From IMG/VR virus record IMGVR_UViG_3300036846_001441: DNA of 64,000 bases, one strand, 5' to 3'. The notes under the pieces are model-generated. The model made no database searches. It saw only the letters and a list, made by a program, of their open reading frames with translations, and was not told where the DNA came from. The DNA is from an uncultured virus (IMG/VR IMGVR_UViG_3300036846_001441) (taxonomy: Duplodnaviria > Heunggongvirae > Uroviricota > Caudoviricetes). The translations under genes and the position numbers were made by a program. Position 1 is the stretch's first letter; each line of letters starts with the position of its first letter. Below are positions 18,633 to 27,966 of the stretch, piece after piece.

Positions 18633-19078
18633 GAAGACAGCGCCGCGGTCTTACTAAGAAGCGCCCCCAGCGTCTTCACGTCGTTGACACTCAGACCAGG
18701 AGCCTCGAGGAGGCCTGCGACATCATCGCCGCGTATCAGAGAGCCAGCAAGGTCAGCGCCACGCGGAAGGCCAAGAAGATTCCACTCACGCTGAGGCAGG
18801 AGCTGTCAGCAAACAAGCTCAACTCCGTCAGGGACAAGAGGCTGGGGCTCATCTCCCTCGCCGGAGGCCACAGTGAGCGAGTGGTCAAGAAGCGAGAGAA
18901 GAGGCCTCACCCATTCAGGGACCTGCCAGAGCAGGAGAAGCGAGTCAGGGCGAGAGAGATGTTTCGCAGTGGAGCGTGGGGGATCGGAACGTACGGAACG
19001 AGGGAGCTCTCCGTCGCGTTCGGGGTGAGCGAGGAGACGATGGCGCTGTGGCTAACCGGGGTCATTGCCCTGCCATAG
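18629..19078 (+). CDS. basic hypothetical protein with C-terminal HTH
   Basis: ATGA-coupled to DnaE; TRELSVAFGVSEETMALW. Confidence 0.6.
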   Translation: MRRQRRGLTKKRPQRLHVVDTQTRSLEEACDIIAAYQRASKVSATRKAKKIPLTLRQELSANKLNSVRDKRLGLISLAGGHSERVVKKREKRPHPFRDLPEQEKRVRAREMFRSGAWGIGTYGTRELSVAFGVSEETMALWLTGVIALP

Positions 19079-19130
19079 TATTATGTCAGTAATACTCAAA
19101 ACTTTTCTTACTTTTTTCTTTCTTTTACTC

Positions 19131-19160
19131 TTTACTTTCTCGTGAAACGCCCTATATTAT
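19131..19160 (+). promoter_or_regulatory. sigma70-like promoter
   Basis: TTTACT..TATATT/TATTAT with a T-rich upstream tract, followed by RBS and ATG at 19184. Confidence 0.55.
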
Positions 19161-19183
19161 TGGTATAGGAAAGGAAAGAAACC

Positions 19184-19417
19184 ATGAACCAAGTCGTGCA
19201 ACTCAAGACCCCGACACGGGATGAGCACGTTGCAATATTAACCAGAACTCTGGGCAAGGATGAATTCATGTCCGCTTATGCGCAATTGAAGGCACTGCCG
19301 CACGAGGACGTGGTTGCCGTGGCCGATGCGTTCAATGGTCCGGTGCCCCCCTCGACGACAAGATCAAAAGCGCTGGAACGCATCTACTCGCGTCACCGCA
19401 AGCTTGTGGAATTCTAA
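19184..19417 (+). CDS. small helical protein, paralog of 19459..19770
   Basis: RBS AGGAAAG; LG..EF....L..LP..D....A..F.G...A..RI..RH..L..F shared with the neighbour. Confidence 0.7.
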   Translation: MNQVVQLKTPTRDEHVAILTRTLGKDEFMSAYAQLKALPHEDVVAVADAFNGPVPPSTTRSKALERIYSRHRKLVEF

Positions 19418-19458
19418 AAATGCCTGCAAATGGCAAAAGCAGTTGAAAGGATCATGAG

Positions 19459-19770
19459 ATGGACGACACGGGGCTTGCCGATACATTGAAGGGATTGGCT
19501 GAATTGCCCGGCACGCAACCAGCCTCCGGCAGCGGGCCGGATCTGGGGCAGCGGGTACGTGCGTCGCTGGGAAACCCGACCGAATTCCAGAAGATAACGC
19601 TTGAACTGCAGCAGCTGCCGCGGAGTGATCTTCTGGACTTTGCGAAGGGTTTCCTAGGGTATTCGGTTTCATCGGGGAAAGAGGCGATGAGCCGCATAAC
19701 GGCCCGTCACAACAATCTGATGCAGTTCGAGGCCAGGCGAAGGTTCATGGCGGGCCGGTCGGCGGGATGA
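19459..19770 (+). CDS. small helical protein, paralog of 19184..19417
   Basis: Same motif pattern as the upstream gene. Confidence 0.7.
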   Translation: MDDTGLADTLKGLAELPGTQPASGSGPDLGQRVRASLGNPTEFQKITLELQQLPRSDLLDFAKGFLGYSVSSGKEAMSRITARHNNLMQFEARRRFMAGRSAG

Positions 19771-19852
19771 TTCGCAGGCGAGCCTCCTATTCCGGCCGCC
19801 ATGCTTCCCGGCGGACATCGACTGCCACGGAAGGCAGTGACAGGCTAGAATA

Positions 19853-19883
19853 GGGAGGGACCCGCGAGGGTCCCTCTCTTCTT
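19853..19883 (+). terminator. rho-independent terminator
   Basis: GGGAGGGACCC-GCGA-GGGTCCCTCTC followed by TTCTT. Confidence 0.6.
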
Positions 19884-20292
19884 GTCTGTGGAGGCTGGCG
19901 TGGATGGAGACCTCAGGGCGATCTTTCGCAATCACCTGCCCCAGGTGGCGTGGAGCTCGATAGAGACAGGAGCCGTGGAGCCAGGCGTCGCCGACATGAA
20001 TGGCTGCCTGAATGGCGTCGAGTTCTGGATCGAGATGAAGAGGACATTCTTCTCCGCGGTGGACGTAAAGCCGAGTCAGGTGGCGTGGCACAGGCTTCGC
20101 CAGTCCAAGGGCGGCAGGACCTTCTTCGCGGTCAGGAGGCGCAGCGATCTCTTCCTCATCTCTGGCTCCCATGCAGTGGAGCTGAAGAGGGAGGGCCTGA
20201 GCGGCTGCCCCCTCCTCCTCTTCACCGATGGCGGCCCCAGCGGCTGGGATTGGAGGGCCATCCTGGCCATCCTCTTGAATAGGACCTCCTGA
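19882..20292 (+). CDS. PD-(D/E)xK nuclease (VRR-NUC/Holliday junction resolvase-like)
   Basis: IE......PGVAD, FWIEMK, PSQ.AW.....GG..F; real start may be GTG at 19900. Confidence 0.85.
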   Translation: MSVEAGVDGDLRAIFRNHLPQVAWSSIETGAVEPGVADMNGCLNGVEFWIEMKRTFFSAVDVKPSQVAWHRLRQSKGGRTFFAVRRRSDLFLISGSHAVELKREGLSGCPLLLFTDGGPSGWDWRAILAILLNRTS

Positions 20293-20384
20293 AGCCTATT
20301 TGGGAAGACAATCCCACAAAAAATAGTCGCCATTCGCTTCTCTTCTCTCTTTCTTTCTTCTCTCTATTCTCCTATATTGGGTGT

Positions 20385-20725
20385 GAAGGCAGCGCGCCCC
20401 GCGCTGAGGCTCATAGAGAGAGGGGGTTCGACAGCAGCGGCCACCCATCCCCGAATGCCCTCAGAGGCCGAACTAGGGGAGAAAGTGGCGGGGGTCCTGA
20501 AAAATGGACCTAGCTCGGTGCTCACCCGATGCCCCTCGTGGCCGGTAAGGGTGAAGCGGTCTCCGGCGAACCAGCGTCCAGGCCTTGCGGGCTCACGGAA
20601 GAAACGGAGCCACCGAGACTGGGAAGCGAAGGGGCAACCCCGAGCAGCTCCGCACCACACGCATGCGAAAGCGAAACTGAACTCTCTCCTCCTCCAGGGC
20701 ATCACCCTGTTGGGCAGAGAGAGAA
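20385..20725 (+). ncRNA. candidate large structured RNA
   Basis: Many nested complementary segments downstream of a TATATT promoter-like box (20373); overlapping ORFs look spurious. Confidence 0.45.
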
Positions 20726-20727
20726 GA

Positions 20728-20768
20728 GCATCGAGCGCCCTCCCACGCGGAGGGCGTCACGATGCACT
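20728..20768 (+). repeat. conserved hairpin element, copy 1
   Basis: GCATCG-A-GCGCCCTCC-loop-GGAGGGCGT-CA-CGATGCACT. Confidence 0.8.
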
Positions 20769-20789
20769 AACGCATCACTTAAGGAGTAC

Positions 20790-20973
20790 GATGATGAAGG
20801 ATGACCTAGGAGCACTGAGAATTGAGTTTGGTAAGATCAAAGGACAAGAAGGATTTTACACTTGGGTAATCGGAGGTCCTGAGCCCTTCCCAGGAAACAC
20901 TTCTCGAAACTTTGAAGGTCCATTCACTTCAGAGAATAAAGCTCGTGAAGAAGCAAAGCAGAGAAGAGTCTAA
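20790..20973 (+). CDS. hypothetical protein
   Basis: RBS AAGGAG; EGPFTSE..A.E.A; lies between two hairpin repeats. Confidence 0.6.
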
Positions 20974-20979
20974 CTGAGA

Positions 20980-21022
20980 GCATCGAGTGCCCTCCCTACG
21001 ACGGAGGGCATCACGATGCACT
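20980..21022 (+). repeat. conserved hairpin element, copy 2
   Basis: GCATCG-A-GTGCCCTCC-loop-GGAGGGCAT-CA-CGATGCACT. Confidence 0.8.
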
Positions 21023-21055
21023 GACGCATCATTACTACAAAAGGGAAACACGACC

Positions 21056-21235
21056 ATGATGAAATTCAACACAACCATGATGAAATTCAAGTTCGTTGCC
21101 GAAATAGAGCTCGGCAAGAAGATTCGCTTCAGCCTCCTCGAGCCCGTCGGTGGTAACCCCTCCCTTTATGCATGGGAGCGGGCCAAGAAGATTGTAGCCC
21201 TCAAGGGCTATAAAAATCTGGCATTCTCGGAGTGA
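21056..21235 (+). CDS. hypothetical protein
   Basis: RBS AAGGGA; duplicated start region (MMKFNTTMMKFK). Confidence 0.5.
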   Translation: MMKFNTTMMKFKFVAEIELGKKIRFSLLEPVGGNPSLYAWERAKKIVALKGYKNLAFSE

Positions 21236-21241
21236 AACTCC

Positions 21242-21478
21242 ATGACCATAAACGTGACTGAGCATGTCTTCTTCGACATCGACACCGCCAGGTCCTATCA
21301 CACTGAGGAGGGCCTGATGAAGGCCCTGACTATTTTCGGGCTGGACCACCTCAGGCCACTGATCGTGTGCAACAGGAAGGGACGCTTCACCGCGGTCTTT
21401 GGATTTCACTCGTCTGGCCTGTCCAAGACCGGCAACCTCATGGCCGCCGCACGCCACGGCTTCAAGACGATCGACTGA
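21242..21478 (+). CDS. hypothetical protein
   Basis: 78-aa ORF within the operon; GRFTAVF motif. Confidence 0.65.
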   Translation: MTINVTEHVFFDIDTARSYHTEEGLMKALTIFGLDHLRPLIVCNRKGRFTAVFGFHSSGLSKTGNLMAAARHGFKTID

Positions 21479-21497
21479 CCACCAGGAACCACGAATC

Positions 21498-22487
21498 ATG
21501 ACCATGACCAACGACGCACAGGCCTCCACCAAGGTGGTGGAGAAGATCAAAAAGCTGCTTGCCCTCTCCAAGGACAGCGGCGCCACGGAGGCGGAGGCCT
21601 CGCTTGCCGCCTCCAAGGCCGCAGAGCTGATGGACGAGTGGGGCCTCACCACCCTCGCCGTGGAGAGCGCCGGCGGAGAGGGAGAGGGGAGAGAGAAGAA
21701 CGCCTTCAAGGCAGGGCGCTCTCACTGGAAGAGGACCCTAATGAGGGCCGTCGCGGAGAGCTTCTACTGCCACTTCGACGCCATGGCCTGGAGGGGCGTT
21801 CACCTCATCGAGTTTCGCCTCATCGGGCGGAAGAGTGCGGTTGCCTCTGCCCTAGTGACGTTCCAGTACCTCGAGCAGGCCACGCTGCGCTCCTTCAGGG
21901 AGAGCAAGGCAGAGACGCGCTCCCTCTTCCTGGATGGCTTCGCCGAGCGGGTGGCAGAGCGGCTCAGGGAGCGTCACGCAAGGAAGCTGCGAGAGCAGCG
22001 AGCAGAGGCCGAGAGGAAGACCAGGGAGGCGGCGGCTCGCTCTCCCTCCTCCACCTCCACCGCGTTGACCCTGACCCTCGTCGACTACGAGTCTCAGGAG
22101 AGGGACCTCAACTATGACCACCGCATGGGCTGGGCTCCCGGGACGACGAGGCAGCGGCGCCTCGAGCGAGAGGAGACGGAGAGGCAGAAGAATGCCGTGA
22201 TGGACCATCTCAGGGCCAATGGCGTCTCCGATGGCATCGCCTTCAACATGGCTCACCTCGGCATGAGCAAGGAGCGCGCGGAGGAGTACGAGAGGGAATG
22301 GACGAGAAAGCAGAGTCGCAGCAGAAGCAGCTGGACCAGGGCCGATGAGGAGGCCTGGGAGAGGACCCAGAGGAGGGAGGCGCGTCGCCGGTCCTCCTCC
22401 TTCGTGGCCGGCCGTCAGGCCGGCGAGAAGATCGGCCTAGACACCCAGGTCGGTGGCAACAACGGCAACTCCAAGTTGCTCAAGTAA
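21498..22487 (+). CDS. DUF2786 domain protein
   Basis: EKIKKLLALS....ATEAEA..A..KA.ELM..WGL at the N-terminus; SLFLDGFA..V..RL; C-terminal AG..AG..I.L..QV. Confidence 0.85.
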   Translation: MTMTNDAQASTKVVEKIKKLLALSKDSGATEAEASLAASKAAELMDEWGLTTLAVESAGGEGEGREKNAFKAGRSHWKRTLMRAVAESFYCHFDAMAWRGVHLIEFRLIGRKSAVASALVTFQYLEQATLRSFRESKAETRSLFLDGFAERVAERLRERHARKLREQRAEAERKTREAAARSPSSTSTALTLTLVDYESQERDLNYDHRMGWAPGTTRQRRLEREETERQKNAVMDHLRANGVSDGIAFNMAHLGMSKERAEEYEREWTRKQSRSRSSWTRADEEAWERTQRREARRRSSSFVAGRQAGEKIGLDTQVGGNNGNSKLLK

Positions 22488-22501
22488 GAAGGAACGCGAC
22501 C

Positions 22502-22783
22502 ATGATCACGAAGACTATCCCAGCGCGATTGGCCCCAGGCCATATGCTTCCGGACAAGCCAGTCTATTGGCTGATCTGGATATTGGATCAAGACACCAAG
22601 AAGCCATGTCACTCTCGTGGCCTTTCGGCGAAGCACAAGACTCCAGAGGAGGCGGCCAAGTACTACTACGGACTGCCCGTGATCGAGAACATGATCTTCT
22701 GGAATCTCTCGTCGAATGGCTTGGTGGCCCGAAGGATGATGAGGCAGGTTCGCCAGGAGTGGATCAAGGCCGGAGGACAATGA
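22502..22783 (+). CDS. hypothetical protein
   Basis: RBS AAGGAA; coupled to the next gene. Confidence 0.6.
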   Translation: MITKTIPARLAPGHMLPDKPVYWLIWILDQDTKKPCHSRGLSAKHKTPEEAAKYYYGLPVIENMIFWNLSSNGLVARRMMRQVRQEWIKAGGQ

Positions 22784-23049
22784 TTGCGCTCCTGATCGGA
22801 GCGGTGGTGTACTGCCAACCCAATGGCTACTGCCGCTCTCAACCCTACCCGACGCCGCCAATTCTGGAGGAGGTCCAACAACCACGACCCATCATCAAGC
22901 GCCCTGCTCATCGCAAGACCGAGGAGCAGATCAACATCGAATCCGACATCATTGCCTTCTGCTCCTCTCATCCCGATGAGAGCTTCTGCATGAGGCTGGA
23001 GAACTACCTACGCACCCATCCCTGGGCAGACCCCAGGGTTCACCACTGA
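22780..23049 (+). CDS. small exported/membrane protein
   Basis: Hydrophobic N-terminus, Cys pairs, Pro-rich linker. Confidence 0.55.
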   Translation: MIALLIGAVVYCQPNGYCRSQPYPTPPILEEVQQPRPIIKRPAHRKTEEQINIESDIIAFCSSHPDESFCMRLENYLRTHPWADPRVHH

Positions 23050-23068
23050 CAAACAGGAAAACACGCAC

Positions 23069-23677
23069 ATGAAGCAATTTGATTCCGAAGACGGATGGCA
23101 ACTCGGCCCCAACGCACAGGAGAGAAGGATGAGTAACGGCAATGTCCCTCCATGGGAGGCGAAACAAGAGAAGGACCCGTGGGACCTCGACGAGGAGTCC
23201 CTGTCAGCTCCAGAGCCGGAGGCGATGAAGGGGCGGCTCGCCACCATCGCAGACATACAGGCCTTCATGATCGCGGGCAACGCCGTCGTCACCTTCAAGT
23301 CACTAAAGACGGGGACCCACTTCACGTACAAGATATCGCCGGCCCCCGATCAGGCCACCGGTGAGCCAAGGAAGGATTTTTTCTTCGTCGGTGTCCTCTC
23401 TGGGAGCGATAATACCAGCGACTACAAGTATCTCGGCTTTTTCAACACGACGCAGATGGTCTACAGGCACGGTACCGCCAAGTCCAAGATCGCCGCAGAT
23501 GCCTCGAGCGCCAAGGCCTTTGCCTGGGTGTTCAATCAGGTCTTCATTCGCAGGGAGATGCCCGACGACGTCCTAGAGGTCTGGCACGAGGGCAAGTGCG
23601 GAAGATGCGGCAGGCGGCTGACCGTGCCGGAGTCCATCGCCTCCGGCTTTGGCCCCGAGTGCAGGGGGAGGCCATGA
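23069..23677 (+). CDS. DUF6011 family protein
   Basis: AGNA..T..S.KTGTHFTYKI, C-terminal HEGKCGRCGRRLTVPESI.SGFGPEC. Confidence 0.85.
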   Translation: MKQFDSEDGWQLGPNAQERRMSNGNVPPWEAKQEKDPWDLDEESLSAPEPEAMKGRLATIADIQAFMIAGNAVVTFKSLKTGTHFTYKISPAPDQATGEPRKDFFFVGVLSGSDNTSDYKYLGFFNTTQMVYRHGTAKSKIAADASSAKAFAWVFNQVFIRREMPDDVLEVWHEGKCGRCGRRLTVPESIASGFGPECRGRP

Positions 23678-23931
23678 TGTTCTTCCTGAAGATGACCGGA
23701 ACCTTTGCGGTTGGCGTCTTTGGCCTGGCGTCGCTCGCCGTGATGCTTGGAGGGGGAGAGCCCTCCAACGACTGCGAGAGGACCCTGGCCTGGACGGGGC
23801 CCACGCTCAAGAGCGGCTACACGGAGAACGACCTCTCTGCGTGGAACGAGAGGATCACGGAGCGGGCCAGGGACCCCGAATGGAGGAGGTGCATGGCCAA
23901 GGTCGCCCCCAACTTTCGGCTCAAACCATAG
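23674..23931 (+). CDS. small membrane-anchored protein
   Basis: N-terminal TM helix; ATGA overlap. Confidence 0.55.
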   Translation: MMFFLKMTGTFAVGVFGLASLAVMLGGGEPSNDCERTLAWTGPTLKSGYTENDLSAWNERITERARDPEWRRCMAKVAPNFRLKP

Positions 23932-23939
23932 GAGAGCAC

Positions 23940-24155
23940 ATGACCACCAAGGAATTTACATGTCACTTCAAGCTGGCGAGGACTACCAAGAGAACGGTCC
24001 TCTACGAGCAAGTCACGGAGAAGGGCAAGCCCTACTCCGTGAACGACGGCGCCGAGATCGGCTCCATCTATCTTCGCACGGAGACGTGCTTCGGCGAGGA
24101 CCCCATCGCAAAACACATCACGGTCACCGTTCACATCAAGGGAGAAGAGACATGA
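23940..24155 (+). CDS. hypothetical protein
   Basis: RBS GGAGAG; TK.T..Y.....IGSIYL pattern. Confidence 0.6.
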   Translation: MTTKEFTCHFKLARTTKRTVLYEQVTEKGKPYSVNDGAEIGSIYLRTETCFGEDPIAKHITVTVHIKGEET

Positions 24156-24415
24156 ATGCGAAGAAGCTGCTCGAGGGCCTGATCGTGGCCGCCAGGGCAG
24201 AGACGCCAGAGCAGGTCGCCAGGGTGGCGTGGAGGTTCAGTGACTGGATGTGGGACAATGTCCCAGAGCAGATCACCATACTCGAGGCCAGGCTGTTCAA
24301 CAATCTCATTCAGGACATGGAATTGCCATGGTGCAATGACCTGTGGACCAAGGAGGAGATCGAGAAGCGGAGGAAAAAGTGGGACGTAGGATCGGCTCTA
24401 CAACCCGTGTCGTAA
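24152..24415 (+). CDS. hypothetical protein
   Basis: ATGA overlap; RBS present. Confidence 0.55.
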   Translation: MNAKKLLEGLIVAARAETPEQVARVAWRFSDWMWDNVPEQITILEARLFNNLIQDMELPWCNDLWTKEEIEKRRKKWDVGSALQPVS

Positions 24416-24570
24416 TATTCCCATTGAGCGAGTCTCCATGGAAGGGGGTCCTCCTCACTGAGGGTCCCCAACAGAGTGAGGTCTTGTACACGGAGGCTCC
24501 GAGCATCATGGTTGGAAAAACCGAGTACATGCCAAACCATCATTTCAGTGTCATTCAAGAGGAGGGCGCG

Positions 24571-25221
24571 ATGAATGCCAGAGAAGAATACAACCGTCTC
24601 GTCAACGAGGCGATCACCATGGGGCTGAGCGGCTACAAGCCGATAGCCACCCACTTTCGCGACGCTGCAACCGGCGTCAAGCGTTGCGAGGCCCTGGCCT
24701 CTGCCATAGAGGCTCACAAGGCGAGGGCGAGAGAGGCGCCGACAACCACAACAGAGGAGAAGGCATCAACGACTGAAGAACAACCATCAACCACTACTGA
24801 ACAACCGACTGAAGAATTGGAGAAGGAAATGAGGAGTACAGTGAAGAAAGAGTCGAAGGCCACTCGCATGAAGAGGGTGGTGACCAATGCCACGGCTTCC
24901 AAGAAGCAGGCGGCAGCGGCAGCCAGGACCTCCGTGAAGGAAAAACGCGATGGCATCGCCGGCGAGTTTGGCACGAGGGAGGGAGCAAAGAACGACAAGC
25001 TGCTGCTCGCCCTCAATGCCAAGAAGAACAAGCCGCAGCCCATCGAGGATGTCCTCACCGTCATATACGGCAAGGGGGCAAAGTGGCCAAAAGACAGGGT
25101 CAAGTTTGGCGGAGTCCTCGCCGGTCTCAATGGGATGATTGAGAAGAACAAGCTGCCCTACAAGATCGAGCTCGATGGCAAGGGCGAAGAGACGACCATC
25201 GTGCTCGCGGTCAAGCGCTGA
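24571..25221 (+). CDS. Lys/Glu/Thr-rich putative DNA-binding protein
   Basis: RBS GAGGAGG; low-complexity linker with TTEEQP repeats; basic C-terminal domain. Confidence 0.65.
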   Translation: MNAREEYNRLVNEAITMGLSGYKPIATHFRDAATGVKRCEALASAIEAHKARAREAPTTTTEEKASTTEEQPSTTTEQPTEELEKEMRSTVKKESKATRMKRVVTNATASKKQAAAAARTSVKEKRDGIAGEFGTREGAKNDKLLLALNAKKNKPQPIEDVLTVIYGKGAKWPKDRVKFGGVLAGLNGMIEKNKLPYKIELDGKGEETTIVLAVKR

Positions 25222-25227
25222 GCCTAT

Positions 25228-25270
25228 AGACCTGCAAGGAACGAACCACTCCCTTGCAGGTCTTCTTTTT
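25228..25270 (+). terminator. rho-independent terminator
   Basis: AGACCTGCAAGG...CCTTGCAGGTCT followed by TCTTTTT. Confidence 0.75.
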
Positions 25271-25283
25271 GGAGGAAGAGAAA

Positions 25284-25535
25284 ATGAAGAGACAGGTCAA
25301 ATACTCGGATGCCGAGCTCAAGCTGCTGGAGCTGATTCCCAACAATGGCAGCCGCATCACGATGCAGCAATTGGCAAAGAAGCAATACGCTCGCCATCCG
25401 CATCCACCATTCAACCCAGAGGCGAGCGTGCGCTCCACGCTCACGAACCTGATCAAGAAGATGGAGGCCAACGATGAGAGGTATCGCATCAGGAGAGAGG
25501 GACGCCCACTCGAGTACTGGCAGGAGAAGAGATGA
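25284..25535 (+). CDS. winged-HTH DNA-binding protein
   Basis: YSDAELKLLELI...ITMQQLAKKQY...SVRSTLTNLIKKM resembles an OmpR-type wHTH. Confidence 0.6.
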   Translation: MKRQVKYSDAELKLLELIPNNGSRITMQQLAKKQYARHPHPPFNPEASVRSTLTNLIKKMEANDERYRIRREGRPLEYWQEKR

Positions 25536-26989
25536 GCGCGTACATTCCTGCCATGAGGCCTCACCCTCACCAGGACAGGGCCAGGCAGAAGATGAGGGGG
25601 AGGAGGGCGTTTGCCCTGCTCATGTCGATGAGGACCGGCAAGACGAAGACTGCCCTGGATGACTTTGGAGAGATGGAGCTGGCAGGAGAGGTGAGGGACC
25701 TCCTCGTCCTCGCCCCCGCGGGGGCATATCGCGTCTGGAAGGGGGAGTTCGAGAGGCACGCCAGCGCCGACCTCCTCGACCGTGCCATGCTTCACGTATG
25801 GGAAACCAAGGGAGGGGTTGCCCACAATGAGGCCCTCGCTGCATTCATGAAGAGGCAGGACCCCAAGGTGCCCAGGATATTGCTGGCCAACATCGAGGCA
25901 ACCAGCTCAGTCCCCAGGTCCAGGGAATTGCTCATGGACTTTGTCGCACAGCGTAGAGCCGAGGTGGTTGTTGACGAGAGCACGAAGATAAAGAATCACA
26001 AGGCCAAACGGTCCAAGTTCATCATAGATCGGCTTGCCCCCCTCTCGTCGTACCGTCGCATTCTGAGCGGGCTGCCGACGCCTCAGAGCCCCCTGGACCT
26101 GTTCGGCCAGTTCAGCTTCCTGGACGGCTCCATACTGGGCCACGACAGCTTCTTCACGTTCAGGAATCAGTACGCCGTCATGAGTCAGATTCAAACCAGG
26201 ACCCGTCAATTGATATGGGTGGTCAAGGACTACAAGAACATCGACGAGCTCTACTCTAGGATAGAGCCGCACTCGATCAGGGTCACGCTGGAGGACGTGG
26301 TGGACGACCTGCCTCCAAGCGAGTGGCAGACCAGGCACGTGGACCTCACCGATGAGCAGAGGAGGGCCTACGACAGCCTGAGGGAGAACGCCTTCGCCGA
26401 GCTCGAGGAGGGCGGCCTGATCACCGCGCAGCTGGTGATCGTTCAGATGCTCAGGCTTCATCAGCTTCTCATGGGCTTCACGCGAGACAGCGAGGGAGTC
26501 CTCAGGGAGCTGCCGGAGAATCGCACCGATGCCCTGCTCGAGCTCCTTGAGGAGTACGACGGGAAGGCCATCGTGTGGTGTTCCTACAATCACTCCGTCG
26601 CCAGGGTGGCAGCGGCCCTGGCCAAGCGGTACGGGGAGGACAGCGTGGCCACATTCAGCGGCCTCAACGCCTCCACCAGAGAGGAGGACGACAGGCGCTT
26701 TCGCACCAACCCCAAGACGAGGTGGATGGTGGCCACCGCGGGGAGCGGTGGCATGGGGCGGAGGTGGGACGTGGCCAACCTCGTCGTCTACTACTCATCG
26801 ACCAACAACCTCGAGCACCGCTACCAGTCGGAGGAGCGAGCCAGGGACATGACCAAGCGAGTGCCCATCACCTACGTCGACCTCATCGCCCCAGGTACGG
26901 TGGACGAGGTGATCATCAGGGCACTCAGGAAGAAGATCAACATGAGCGCTGCCATCACCGGCGACAACTACAGGGAGTGGCTCATATGA
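25532..26989 (+). CDS. SNF2-family (SF2) helicase
   Basis: MRTGKT, VVDESTKIKN, LSGLP, QMLRLHQ, SGGMG, YQSEERA. Confidence 0.92.
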   Translation: MSAYIPAMRPHPHQDRARQKMRGRRAFALLMSMRTGKTKTALDDFGEMELAGEVRDLLVLAPAGAYRVWKGEFERHASADLLDRAMLHVWETKGGVAHNEALAAFMKRQDPKVPRILLANIEATSSVPRSRELLMDFVAQRRAEVVVDESTKIKNHKAKRSKFIIDRLAPLSSYRRILSGLPTPQSPLDLFGQFSFLDGSILGHDSFFTFRNQYAVMSQIQTRTRQLIWVVKDYKNIDELYSRIEPHSIRVTLEDVVDDLPPSEWQTRHVDLTDEQRRAYDSLRENAFAELEEGGLITAQLVIVQMLRLHQLLMGFTRDSEGVLRELPENRTDALLELLEEYDGKAIVWCSYNHSVARVAAALAKRYGEDSVATFSGLNASTREEDDRRFRTNPKTRWMVATAGSGGMGRRWDVANLVVYYSSTNNLEHRYQSEERARDMTKRVPITYVDLIAPGTVDEVIIRALRKKINMSAAITGDNYREWLI

Positions 26990-27750
26990 AAGTGGATTGG
27001 ACTAAAACCATAGAAGGCGTGCCGATGAGAGTCGTGCGCGACATCTTGCGCAAACTCCGCGTCGGCTACCAAGGCGATAATTCCAAAGACAAAATCGTCG
27101 ATCTGACATTGACGCACTTGGGCAAGCGCTTTGCGCGGTATGAGCTCAATCGCATCGGCAAAGCGATACCAAAGGCACTCCTCGACGAGGGACTGCTGCG
27201 ATCTACGGTAAAGGACCATTTTGAATTGACCGATAAGGGCATCGCCTTGAGATGCTGCCGCAAGATCAAGCGCTTCGATCGTGCCCGAGCCGACCGCTAC
27301 ATCTCCGAGTTGCTTGATCGCGCCGATGCCATCAATGCCAACCCCGATCTGCTGTGCAGGGTAAAAGCCATTCGATTGTTCGGCAGCGCCGCCGGAAAAA
27401 CCAATGACATCGGCGATGTCGATGCCATCGCAGAGATGGAACATAAAATCAACGGCAACGAATATGTGAGAGCCAGCATGGCGCGCGCCGAGGCTGCCGG
27501 CTTCAATGGCAGTTATTTAGATGCGATTCATTACGGACAGACCGAGGTCGTGAGACTCTTGCGTGCTCGCAAGACCTATTTGTCGCTAGGATTTGAAGGT
27601 TCCGATCTCAGCGTAACACGCCGGCTCAAAAAAGATTATGGCTGCCGGTTCAAGAAAATTTATCCGCGAAAAGAAAAAAGGACACCACGCCAGTTATCTC
27701 GACGTGGCCGGCGTCCTTGGCCGGCATCCATCCAAATTTGGAGTACCTGA
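26986..27750 (+). CDS. DNA polymerase beta-superfamily nucleotidyltransferase domain protein with N-terminal wHTH
   Basis: IRLFGSAAG...IGDVDAIAE (GS..DxD); L..EG.L......F.LT.KG wing motif; distinct codon usage. Confidence 0.7.
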   Translation: MKVDWTKTIEGVPMRVVRDILRKLRVGYQGDNSKDKIVDLTLTHLGKRFARYELNRIGKAIPKALLDEGLLRSTVKDHFELTDKGIALRCCRKIKRFDRARADRYISELLDRADAINANPDLLCRVKAIRLFGSAAGKTNDIGDVDAIAEMEHKINGNEYVRASMARAEAAGFNGSYLDAIHYGQTEVVRLLRARKTYLSLGFEGSDLSVTRRLKKDYGCRFKKIYPRKEKRTPRQLSRRGRRPWPASIQIWST

Positions 27751-27966
27751 CCCAATCCAGGAAGGGCACCCAGATTTTGATCGATCTGGTACAAGGACCT
27801 GAGGCCGAGCTGGGAAGGTCTGTCTCGTCCCGAAACCGAGCAGGCTGAAGTGGGAGGACGCAGAGCGATGGAGGAGGGTTGGCCCGAGCAGGCGCAGGCA
27901 CTTGTACTTGTACGCCTTCGTTGGTCGGGCTACTCGGGCAAACACAAGTAGAAGGAGTGCAATATA

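Noticed and set aside
20728..21031. Possible CRISPR mini-array
   Set aside because: Only two adjacent diverged copies, separated by a ~200-bp gene; no regular spacers and no cas genes
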